DNA from: an uncultured virus (IMG/VR IMGVR_UViG_3300017593_001263)
Taxonomy: Duplodnaviria; Heunggongvirae; Uroviricota; Caudoviricetes
Virus record (IMG/VR): IMGVR_UViG_3300017593_001263
Reading direction: 5' to 3' (one strand)
DNA: 64,000 nucleotides
The notes under the pieces were generated by a model, which was given only the letters and a program-made list of their open reading frames with translations, did not search any database and was not told where the DNA came from. The position numbers and the translations under genes are program-made. Below, piece by piece: positions 48,684 to 57,431 of the stretch. Position 1 is the first letter of the stretch. The number at the start of each line of letters is the position of its first letter.

Positions 48684-49195
48684 CCTTACGCAATTTTGAT
48701 ATGGGCTACATTATGTCTCTAGCTCGCATCGTCAATACGGTTTCCACCGTTTCGATAGCTCGCACAACACAAGAGGTTTACAGCTTCTGGATAGCTCGCA
48801 TGGATATAATGGGTTGCACAATCAATATAGCTCGCACATCTTGCTTGGTTTTCAGGTACTCGGTGGCTCGCAACTTCTACAAGGTTTGCATGTTTGCCAT
48901 GGCTCGCACATTTCCAATGGGCTTCAGCCTTAACGTGGCTCGCAACACTCCAATGGTTTCCATTATGTGAATGGCTCGCACGCCTTGCCTGGGTCTCAGA
49001 TACGTTATGGCTCGCAAAATATATATGGGATGCATTTCGGTGATGGCTCGCAGCTTTTTTCTGGAGTTCACGCAAGATATAGCTCGCACCCACTGGATGG
49101 TTTGCAGGTATTTTATGGCTCGCATATCCTTTATGGAGTCCAAAGATAGCTTAGCTCGCATGACTATGATGGTGTCCAATTATGAATAGCTATTC
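48684..49195 (-). ncRNA. TIGR-type dual-repeat guide RNA array, 14 units of 36 nt
   Basis: + strand T(A/G)GCTCGCA at 48720+36n (n=0-12); second repeat (T)GGnnTnCA at 48702+36n (n=0-13); unique 9-nt spacers between; degenerate terminal repeats at 48684 and 49187. Confidence 0.9.
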
Positions 49196-49363
49196 TTTTC
49201 TAAAGTACCACGATCTAAAGTTCTCAATCTTCTTCCTTCTTTTCCCTTTGTCATCCTCAATCCATCCATGTAATATCCCTATTTTTCTCAGTCTCTTTAG
49301 CGTTCTAGCATCCCCTCTAAGCATAGCTTCATTGTACCACTTTTTCCACACTTCGTACTGCAT
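49190..49363 (-). CDS. small basic Trp-rich protein upstream of array
   Basis: MQYEVWKKW..; stop codon lies in first degenerate edge repeat. Confidence 0.55.
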   Translation of the reverse strand: MQYEVWKKWYNEAMLRGDARTLKRLRKIGILHGWIEDDKGKRRKKIENFRSWYFRKE

Positions 49364-49374
49364 AATATGCACCA

Positions 49375-49473
49375 TTAAGGAGTGGATAGAGCCCATTGTA
49401 AAATTTTTGGTATGAAATATGCTATCAGTATCGTTGCTACAACCATCAATACAATATTGATCCAGCGTGGCAT
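49375..49473 (-). CDS. 32-aa single-TM peptide (not in track)
   Basis: MPRWINIVLMVVATILIAYFIPKILQWALSTP after AT-rich promoter-like sequence. Confidence 0.4.
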   Translation of the reverse strand: MPRWINIVLMVVATILIAYFIPKILQWALSTP

Positions 49474-49515
49474 AATATTACCTTATATACATATTTATTC
49501 AACTAAAAATTTATT

Positions 49516-50685
49516 TTAGTCGAAAGCTCCCATCCACGATTCGTTGACCAACGAGCTTTTATAGCATCTTTCACAATTTACAGGTCTGTTGTTGTAGTTC
49601 TGAACAACATCGTACTCTTCTTGGATGTCTCTTATCCTTAAATACAGCTCTTTGTGGTATTCTTTGTCCCATGTCTTTCTTGATGCAAGTCTGCTACCTA
49701 TGGATGGTCTGAAAACCGATACTGCTGGTACACATCCCATAGATGCAAGTTCCTCACATTTTTTGATCGTGTCCTCCATAGGTTCGAGGCTTGATATGAA
49801 TGCTATTTCGACATGCCCCCATCCAAGCTCTTCGACACCCTTCTTTATAGTGTTGTAGAACCTTTCCTCAAGCTTTGATTTACCTGGGCATATCCTCTTG
49901 AATATTTCCTCGTTGCCAACCTCCCTACTAAGTCCTATGTTTTCAATTTTAAGATCAGCAAGTTTCTCTATGTATATTTCATTCTCTATTGGTGAGATTA
50001 AGAACACTCCTCTAAACTTGTTCCATGGGAGGTACTCCTTCATCAGCTCTAGCGTTTCTATTAGCTTTTTAACTTCCAAGTCACCGTTTACTTTTGTTCC
50101 AGTCGTGCAGCAGACGTGTTCTATTTTTACGTTTTTGTCTCTTACTGCATGGTAGAATGCTTCTGCAATTTCTTGTGGAGTCGGGTCGTACTTTTCAAAT
50201 TGCTTGTTAGCGTATCCTATGTTACAGAACCAGCATTGATCTTTGGTTTTCCAGAAATCACAGTCATTGAAGAGGATGAACGAAAACAAGTCTAATCCAA
50301 GCACAGTTGATACCTCTGACATCTTCTTGCCAGTACTTGTTACCTTGTCGTAATACTCAGGTTTTGGTGGAAACCATATTTCCGTTATGTACTCTCCATT
50401 CTTCTCTATGAATATCTTGTCGTCCCTTTCATCGTATTTGACAACATACGGCGATGTGTCGTTCATTCTTACATCAACCACGAATTCATAAGGCAACACA
50501 AGTTCGCTTGGTATTTTTTGTAACTCGTTTTTGTCAAGCTTTCTTCTGTGGTGATAAAACAGTTTTGGAGAGTAGGATTTGAATTCTTTGTCTATTTTAT
50601 TTATGCTGCTGTCTATTCTAACTCCGTTTATCAACAAGTCGAGCTTAAGATCTGCGGATTCGTGCATATCTATTTCATAACTCAT
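49516..50685 (-). CDS. radical SAM enzyme (Cx7Cx2C variant)
   Basis: CDFWKTKDQCWFC; ICPGK; FRP..GS.L; extra C-terminal CERC. Confidence 0.85.
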   Translation of the reverse strand: MSYEIDMHESADLKLDLLINGVRIDSSINKIDKEFKSYSPKLFYHHRRKLDKNELQKIPSELVLPYEFVVDVRMNDTSPYVVKYDERDDKIFIEKNGEYITEIWFPPKPEYYDKVTSTGKKMSEVSTVLGLDLFSFILFNDCDFWKTKDQCWFCNIGYANKQFEKYDPTPQEIAEAFYHAVRDKNVKIEHVCCTTGTKVNGDLEVKKLIETLELMKEYLPWNKFRGVFLISPIENEIYIEKLADLKIENIGLSREVGNEEIFKRICPGKSKLEERFYNTIKKGVEELGWGHVEIAFISSLEPMEDTIKKCEELASMGCVPAVSVFRPSIGSRLASRKTWDKEYHKELYLRIRDIQEEYDVVQNYNNRPVNCERCYKSSLVNESWMGAFD

Positions 50686-51100
50686 CCAAACCACCTCCCA
50701 ACCCATATTTTCTCAATACTCTATAAACCACATCTTTCAAGTTTTCTGGCATATTGCAGTTCTTGAACTCAACCAAGTCCAGTAATTTTGGTTCTCCGTC
50801 TTCGATCACTATGTCAGCAATTAGATCGATGTACTCGATTACCACGTCTTCGTTTTGTTTCCTTATTTCGATAGGGGTGTTTATGTTCACATAGCTCTTG
50901 ACAACTTTTGCATCTTTTATGTAGTCAGCAACCCATGTTGTGCTGCCTTTGATAAAATTTATTACGACCACATCGCAGTCAATGTTCTCCATCATTGGCG
51001 GAAAATATGCAACTACTCCGTGTTCGTATTCTCGATAGTCATCGGTTGTTATTTCGTACTTTAAACTTCCGTCTATATTTTTATGATAGACTTTTAGCAT
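50675..51100 (-). CDS. DUF402/FomD-like protein (putative nucleotide phosphohydrolase)
   Basis: YVNINTP..YIDLIADIV...LLD..EF. Confidence 0.7.
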   Translation of the reverse strand: MLKVYHKNIDGSLKYEITTDDYREYEHGVVAYFPPMMENIDCDVVVINFIKGSTTWVADYIKDAKVVKSYVNINTPIEIRKQNEDVVIEYIDLIADIVIEDGEPKLLDLVEFKNCNMPENLKDVVYRVLRKYGLGGGLDEL

Positions 51101-52094
51101 TCTCAATCACCTCTATTATCGAATTTTTTACTTTTGTTAAGAACAAGTGTGGTAAGTTATCGTAGAACTCCTTTGCTATTCCGTGCTTGAATATGTTCTT
51201 CTCCTTGACTTTATTGATGTCTCTTTCGAGTGATTTTAGCATGTGATCCACCACACCAATGTCAAACAATAGATGTATTACATCTTGTTTGTTTATTTTA
51301 TTCTCGATGACGTCTTTTCTGAGCTTTTTGTAATAGTCTTCAGACTCCATTTCAAGGCATGCGATGTACGGGTATGTAAGTTTTTCATTAATTAGGTCAC
51401 TACATGGTTCTCGCTGTATATCTTCTTTTTTAACAAAGTCGTATATATCATCACATCTCTGTCCAAAATATGCCATTTCTTCCATGTAATCATCCATTCC
51501 TTTATAATTATCGTTATTTGCCATTATACCTCCAATTCTTGAAGCGATTTTTGGTAAACCACCAGTTTTTCTAATAACTATGTCTCTGTAGATTTTTCTA
51601 GCCACATCAACATCATTGAATTCATAAAACTTGGTTTCAATATCGAGTTTTTCACCGTAGCACATGTCGCTCAGACATTCAAGCAACGTGTGTTTTATTT
51701 TTGTTCTTTTATCTTCATTAATATCGGTTAATCTGAGCATAGCATTTGCCATAAGCAAGTTTGCATACATTACCGCATTGTGTGTGCCGTATTTTACATG
51801 AACGGTGTCAGTTCCATGCCGTTTATTGTCGTTGTCGAACATATCGTCTAATACTTGAGACCATTTATGCAAGTCTTCAACTAAGAAGCATGCTTCTAAT
51901 ACTTCATCTGACAAGACATCTCCCCCAAAACCTTTAAATGATATAAGATATATGGTTGGAATCAAGTACTTTGATTCAACTGAATACACGTAGTTATCCA
52001 TCTCTTTAAAGAACCCTTTAAGATCGCAATGTCGTGATTCCATTATCGAATTTATTTTATTCTTTAATACCTCGTATTCTATCACCGCCACCAC
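51081..52094 (-). CDS. polyprenyl diphosphate synthase (trans-IPPS family)
   Basis: E.LH..S..LDDMFDND.KRHG (FARM), GE.LDI, KTG, Q..DDIYD (SARM), K.TYP. Confidence 0.85.
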   Translation of the reverse strand: MVAVIEYEVLKNKINSIMESRHCDLKGFFKEMDNYVYSVESKYLIPTIYLISFKGFGGDVLSDEVLEACFLVEDLHKWSQVLDDMFDNDNKRHGTDTVHVKYGTHNAVMYANLLMANAMLRLTDINEDKRTKIKHTLLECLSDMCYGEKLDIETKFYEFNDVDVARKIYRDIVIRKTGGLPKIASRIGGIMANNDNYKGMDDYMEEMAYFGQRCDDIYDFVKKEDIQREPCSDLINEKLTYPYIACLEMESEDYYKKLRKDVIENKINKQDVIHLLFDIGVVDHMLKSLERDINKVKEKNIFKHGIAKEFYDNLPHLFLTKVKNSIIEVIENAKSLS

Positions 52095-52391
52095 CTCCCT
52101 TTGGTTTTAATGAGCATATTGCATTGACACCCTCTCCACCCTAAAGAGGGGAGCATTCTCAAAGGAGGTATTGTAACAGTACAAACAGAGTCCACGAATC
52201 TATTTTTGGCATGTATGGTGGTTGCATGATTCACACCTTAACATGATATTCTATGATAGCACCACTAGCAACGAATATCGCTCCTAATACAGATGCAATG
52301 CTATCGTTGTTTAGCCAGCTTGCGGTTAATGCTGCTATGCCCATTGCTTGTAGCAATCTCGACATTCCAAACCACCAGTCCTTATTCATTG

Positions 52392-52601
52392 TCACTCACC
52401 GACTTTGTAGCTTTTCAATACTTCTATTATGCTATCCAGCTTTTTGTCGATCTCTTCCAAAAACGTTTTGAAGTGGGTTTCAACCTCTTCCAGCATAGCC
52501 AATTTACCTAAAGCATACTGCTTGAGCATTTTGTCTTCCGTTTCCTCTATTACTTGCTTTAGTTCAGCTTTTCTTGATTCTATCCACTCTCTCCAAACCA
52601 C
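52392..52601 (-). CDS. hypothetical coiled-coil protein
   Basis: coupled ORF. Confidence 0.5.
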   Translation of the reverse strand: MVWREWIESRKAELKQVIEETEDKMLKQYALGKLAMLEEVETHFKTFLEEIDKKLDSIIEVLKSYKVGE

Positions 52602-52846
52602 TTTCTCACCTTCTTGTCAACATAATTATACCATCTAACAGTAATTTCAATAGCAATAACCACCACAATAACCACCGAAAGAGTAAACAACAATAGAACC
52701 AAAGTGTTTTTTATTGAAGTCAGAATGTCGTTCTTAAACACGAAATAGTTAATTAGTAAAAACGCAACCAATAAAGGAGTTACAAAAAGTAACGTCCTTG
52801 TTATTTCTATAAAGTATTCTTTTATCGACATGTAGATAGATAACAT
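52580..52846 (-). CDS. 2-TM membrane protein
   Basis: two hydrophobic helices. Confidence 0.5.
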   Translation of the reverse strand: MLSIYMSIKEYFIEITRTLLFVTPLLVAFLLINYFVFKNDILTSIKNTLVLLLFTLSVVIVVVIAIEITVRWYNYVDKKVRKWFGESG

Positions 52847-52975
52847 ATTAACATTTAAATAATTTTTCCGAAAACTTTTTTAAATATTCAAGTATAATTT
52901 CAAGGTCTGCTTTTCCACCGCCACCACCTCCTTTCTTCACCAATCTATTAATATTTTTAAGACCATATATTTCTC

Positions 52976-53251
52976 ATGCGATACGAGCTAGAGGAGATTG
53001 GCGAAGAGGTATCTTACGACAAGCTCGAAAGCAAGCTGGAAGATTTGATAGCAAACGAGATTAGAACAGACAAACAACAAGTGATTATACCACCAGGAGG
53101 TTGCATTTATGAAGACGACTTTGTTGCTTGTAATTTCGTTATAGATCACATTCCAGGAGCTATAGTCGTTACAATACAAGACATCCCAAAAGAAAGAAAA
53201 GTGTATCTGAAGCATGGAGTTATATTTTATAAGTGCGAACCTAAGAAGTGA
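52976..53251 (+). CDS. hypothetical protein
   Basis: leaderless promoter with CATATA at -12. Confidence 0.6.
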   Translation: MRYELEEIGEEVSYDKLESKLEDLIANEIRTDKQQVIIPPGGCIYEDDFVACNFVIDHIPGAIVVTIQDIPKERKVYLKHGVIFYKCEPKK

Positions 53252-53276
53252 TAAACTTATAGGAGGTTAGTTCGAA

Positions 53277-53528
53277 ATGTCAGTATTTAAAGTACTTGAC
53301 ATAACGAAACCATTCAAAAACGGTTGCGGTTATAGAAACGGAAAGCTCGAAGATATCGAGGAATTCATGCAATGTGCGATAACGCTGGCATCTGTGATTA
53401 ACCCACAATTAGCTATTGTGAAGTATGGAGTAATGTTTATAAATGCTACTAAGGAATTAAAGGAGTTAGAAGAAACAGCAGAAGAATTGCAGGAGGTGGT
53501 AGAAAGTGTCAGAAAACAAAGCAAGTGA
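53277..53528 (+). CDS. hypothetical protein
   Basis: GGAGG RBS. Confidence 0.55.
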   Translation: MSVFKVLDITKPFKNGCGYRNGKLEDIEEFMQCAITLASVINPQLAIVKYGVMFINATKELKELEETAEELQEVVESVRKQSK

Positions 53529-53775
53529 CTGGGAAGTTCTGGTTTCGAACAAAAAGCCCGTAAGCGTTTATGCGGCGGTAGCTCTTGCGATTTTGAATAG
53601 AGATGGAGAAGTGGTGGTCAAAGGGATTGGTTCTGCCATAAGGAAGGTCGTTGATGTGAGCGAGTTCATCAAGAACAAGTTCGGCAACGTCAGTATAAAT
53701 TATGAATCCGAGACAGTAGAGGATGAGAACGGAAAGAAGAGAAGCATGCTGACATCAACAATCAAAAAGAATTAG
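53506..53775 (+). CDS. albA: Alba (Sso10b)-family nucleic acid-binding protein
   Basis: V.V.KKPV..Y..A......EVVVKG.G.AI.K.VDV.E. Confidence 0.8.
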   Translation: MSENKASDWEVLVSNKKPVSVYAAVALAILNRDGEVVVKGIGSAIRKVVDVSEFIKNKFGNVSINYESETVEDENGKKRSMLTSTIKKN

Positions 53776-54091
53776 CGTGAAGAGGGTTAATCCTTCTTTT
53801 CAATATTTCTTCTGGGTCTGTTGGCATACCAAGTAGCTTGAATAATGCCTCACACAGCTCGGCAACCTTCATTCCGTTATCAGTTAGCCTAACGTATTTG
53901 AACCGAGTTATGGATGTTGATCTCACCCATCTTAACTCTTCGAATTTCTCTATTGTGCTTTTTGTGTGCGAGTAGCTGGTGTCTGCGTATTTAGACACCA
54001 TCGTTACGGTTATTTTTGAGTGGTTTTTCATTAAGTTCTTCAGCACCACCAATATTCTCGCTTCAACTTCAGTCAGCCACATCTTCATCAC
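53762..54091 (-). CDS. MarR-like winged-helix regulator
   Basis: LTEVEARIL..TSYSHT..LRWV..VRLTDNG. Confidence 0.7.
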   Translation of the reverse strand: MMKMWLTEVEARILVVLKNLMKNHSKITVTMVSKYADTSYSHTKSTIEKFEELRWVRSTSITRFKYVRLTDNGMKVAELCEALFKLLGMPTDPEEILKRRINPLHANSF

Positions 54092-54446
54092 CGTTTTTGA
54101 TTATGGATGCCATCATATCAAATGTGCCTTCTTCATCTATATTTCCAGAAATTCTAACTATTATTTTCTTCACGTCCCACCCATGGTCGATTGCTTCCTC
54201 GAACAATTCTTCGAGTTTTTCGATTGCATCTTCGAGCAGTTCTTCACTCATAAGGTCGCCTCTTAAAATCCTTATATATAACATCTGATTTCCGCAGTTC
54301 GGAAAAATACACAATTCTCAACTTTCCACACTCCAAACACATTCCAAATAGAAAGTAATCTTCCCTCTCTGAATCGAAAATCATGTCTAAAAAAGATTCT
54401 CTGTCGAAGTGGTGGTAAGGGTTTCTGCAAACTTCATGCAGACCCA

Positions 54447-55106
54447 TCACAACTCACCTTTCTGTCTCAATCTGTAAATCTTGTTTCTTATTGAGCTTAT
54501 GGTTCTGTACGGCATCAGTTCTTTAATCTCTTTTAGAGACTTACCAGCACGAACCATGTTTTTAAGTATGTTCTCTTCAACCTTACTCCACAAGTACACC
54601 TTGACTTTAGTACCAGCTTTGGTGGTGTATTCGTAATCGGGAACACGCTTCGATAGCATGGTTTTTATCAGTTCTTCTTTAGTCATTACTGGCACTTGCC
54701 TTCCAACAAACTCCTCAAACAAATCTTCGAATACTCCGTAAGTATCGAGAGTCATGGCAGTACGCCAGCCTTCTTTTATTCTGGATGCAGCCTTCCTTCC
54801 ATAAACATCGACAGCTCTATCGTAAACGTCTTCAAGAATGTCCTTTCTGAAAGCACGCTTCACCTCAGATTCGTACTTATCACGTGCCTTCAATAGTTTA
54901 TCAAAGACTTCGTCAAGACGCTTTGCCGTTAAGTCCTTTGTGTATTCATCAAGCGTTCTCTGGAATTTTTTCATTACAGCTCTCGTATCGTCAAAATCCA
55001 CATTTTTATGAGCCCAAGTTGTCATCCTTTCGTAATCATCCCTTGTGTAAGTCCTCCTTTTTTTTGGGTCGTCTATCGTCATTCCTATTGGAATTATGGT
55101 TGGCAT
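54447..55106 (-). CDS. protein with C-terminal Myb/SANT-like HTH
   Basis: WSKVEENILK..KSLKEIKELMPYRTISSIRNK. Confidence 0.65.
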   Translation of the reverse strand: MPTIIPIGMTIDDPKKRRTYTRDDYERMTTWAHKNVDFDDTRAVMKKFQRTLDEYTKDLTAKRLDEVFDKLLKARDKYESEVKRAFRKDILEDVYDRAVDVYGRKAASRIKEGWRTAMTLDTYGVFEDLFEEFVGRQVPVMTKEELIKTMLSKRVPDYEYTTKAGTKVKVYLWSKVEENILKNMVRAGKSLKEIKELMPYRTISSIRNKIYRLRQKGEL

Positions 55107-55246
55107 AGGTCAGCACCTCCTTTCAGACAAATTCCCAATCTTCTATAATCCATCTATCAGTATCAACTAAATGCAAATCTCTTTCTTCTACGTATGAAAT
55201 CTCGCCAGTATCTTTGTGTCTTATTCTCCACACTTTTGGCATTATC

Positions 55247-55657
55247 TCACCAATCTTTCGATTTACTAATTACGTCTAAAATCTTCACCAACATTTCAGT
55301 TCTGTTTTCATCAAACATCTTTTTGTTTCTTGTATAGTGCTCGTAGATTTCTTTCAGTATCTTCAGTATCTTATCGTATTGTTCTTTGGTTATGTCGTAG
55401 TGTATGACCTCAAATGGATACTCGTAAACGCTTATGTAGTAGTGCTCTTTGTTGTCTGCAAAATCAAAGTCTTTTCCTAATTTAATGTCTATGTCCGTTG
55501 ATGGTATGTCGAACTCGAATAAAACTTCATCCCCGTTAATTTCAAGTGTGATGTTATTCACTAACTTAACCTTTTCAATAAAATAGTTTTTCAGCTTTTC
55601 AAGCTCCGTGATCATAACCTCTACGTCGAATTTGATTGCTTCTTTAAGCATCTTCAA
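55247..55657 (-). CDS. hypothetical protein
   Basis: coupled ORF. Confidence 0.5.
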   Translation of the reverse strand: MKMLKEAIKFDVEVMITELEKLKNYFIEKVKLVNNITLEINGDEVLFEFDIPSTDIDIKLGKDFDFADNKEHYYISVYEYPFEVIHYDITKEQYDKILKILKEIYEHYTRNKKMFDENRTEMLVKILDVISKSKDW

Positions 55658-55961
55658 TACCCCACCATCTTTTTAGCTCTCTTAAATCTGAATCTAGGTC
55701 CGTTGCATGGTAGCCGTACTCACCATAGCAATCTATCACGTGTGGTGTGAGATTCAATATTTCTTCTATGTCTTCGAATATCGCTTGTGCTGTTTTTCTG
55801 ATAATAGATTCAACCAAATCCTCGCAAGTTTTACACACGAACTGCTTACCCCTCACATGGAAGTAGTTGTGGTCGTCATCCTCAAGCTCCTCCAAAATCT
55901 CCTTTTTGACTTCTTCAATTTTATTAGCCATGCTCTCCCAACCTCCTAAATAGTTCTTCAT
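55644..55961 (-). CDS. hypothetical protein
   Basis: GGAGG RBS before MANKIEE. Confidence 0.5.
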   Translation of the reverse strand: MKNYLGGWESMANKIEEVKKEILEELEDDDHNYFHVRGKQFVCKTCEDLVESIIRKTAQAIFEDIEEILNLTPHVIDCYGEYGYHATDLDSDLRELKRWWGIEDA

Positions 55962-56225
55962 CTTCTTCTAAAATATAATCCATGAGCTTATGCAGTTCTT
56001 TTAAAAACGCCATCTCGACTTCAACTATCTTCTTACCCACTTCAGTTTCTTGCTCGACTTCTTCAATCAATTCATCTTTACTGAATACATGTTTAGCCAT
56101 TGAGCACACCTCTTAGCTTTTCTATAATATTCTTTCTATCTTCTGGTTTTTCTGCCCAAAATATCTCTTCGATTATTCTTTCCAGCACTTGGAAGTCCTC
56201 ATAAGCCATCTGTTCTTCCAATATC

Positions 56226-57428
56226 TCAACCATTTGAGACGGCAATATCCCCATTTTGAGCACCATCCTCTTTGATGAGGGAAAACACCTTCAAACTCCT
56301 CTCACCATAAAGGCTTGTATAGTTTCGCACATATAAATTATTGAACTTGCTTTCCAACAGCTTCAAAAACTGGTAGTGAGCCAATGAATACATCTTATCT
56401 TTGTAGATGAATCCTCTTACCGCACCAATATACCACTTCAGCTCGTGAAGCTTCAACAAGTTGAAACCGAACTTTTCAAGCTCATTTAAGTTTTTGGGGA
56501 AAATGCGCAATATCTTCATCAACCTATTTCTGTGCACGATGTCCAAGCAGATAGCATAAAAGCCATATCTACCCTCAAATATGAAAAAGTCGGACAGCTG
56601 AAACCTTTTTATGGCGGCAAGTATTTTCTGCACGAATTCATCAAGCTGGGTAGTGCCATCACTAACGAATATGCAGAAGTGATCCTTCATGCCAAGGATG
56701 TTGTTAGAAATAGCAACGGTGGGGGAAGACCCCCCAACTTCCCCCACCTCTGGCAGATGCTTTACGCTGGGGATTCTGGTCATCTCCTTATCGGATCGAG
56801 GGGGCAATTTCTTTATGTCTTCCAAACTATTTAAGAGTTTGCACACAACACCGTCAGAAAGAGTAAGCGGGATTTTAACTATTTGCCGTGTGTTGATTAC
56901 GCAAGCGTCTATGTCCACCCCATAGTTTATGACGTCCATCACAAGCTCTTCGTTCTTCTTCAAATACCACACCTCTCTTTTCCATGCAGTCTGGTATGGG
57001 CATTTGAGGTCACGCTTTATAGCTATGTGAACTCCATTGCCAGAGTGGAGCATGTATATTATCTCATACTTGTGGTCTTCTAGGTATTCAAGCAAGAGTT
57101 TAGCATTCTTATAAACATCCTTATCTATGTCGAACACGAACCAATCTTGCTTGAGAAATATGCCGTCATGGTGGTGGAGAACTCTTTTGCCAACACGAGA
57201 TGGGTTCAAGAATCGGCTAACCATATAATAAGCTTTCTGCGGCAAGTACCTCAGCATTATTTTTTGAAGCTGCTCTGGAGTGCGGACATGGTCAACCTTA
57301 ACTTTCTTGAATGTGTTGTCTTGGAGCAAGAGTCTTATCTGTCTGAATTTGAAGAAGTTTCTGTCTATCTCGAAGATTGGTGAAAAGTCCACTTGTTCAT
57401 AGTATTCTTTAGGGTTCAACTCAATCAC
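56226..57428 (-). CDS. priS: archaeo-eukaryotic primase (PriS-like) with C-terminal extension
   Basis: YY..SR..NP, VFDID, SGNGVH, ID..V...RQIVKIP.TL. Confidence 0.8.
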   Translation of the reverse strand: MIELNPKEYYEQVDFSPIFEIDRNFFKFRQIRLLLQDNTFKKVKVDHVRTPEQLQKIMLRYLPQKAYYMVSRFLNPSRVGKRVLHHHDGIFLKQDWFVFDIDKDVYKNAKLLLEYLEDHKYEIIYMLHSGNGVHIAIKRDLKCPYQTAWKREVWYLKKNEELVMDVINYGVDIDACVINTRQIVKIPLTLSDGVVCKLLNSLEDIKKLPPRSDKEMTRIPSVKHLPEVGEVGGSSPTVAISNNILGMKDHFCIFVSDGTTQLDEFVQKILAAIKRFQLSDFFIFEGRYGFYAICLDIVHRNRLMKILRIFPKNLNELEKFGFNLLKLHELKWYIGAVRGFIYKDKMYSLAHYQFLKLLESKFNNLYVRNYTSLYGERSLKVFSLIKEDGAQNGDIAVSNG

Positions 57429-57431
57429 CAG

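Noticed and set aside
48590..49189. ORFs of 60-126 aa on both strands across the array (repeating ARx, ASH, RAI)
   Set aside because: By-products of a 36-nt period: several frames are partly open, none spans the array, none has an RBS, and conservation is at the nucleotide level.
48684..49195. CRISPR array
   Set aside because: Repeats are 9 nt, of two alternating types, with 9-nt spacers; no cas genes in the window.
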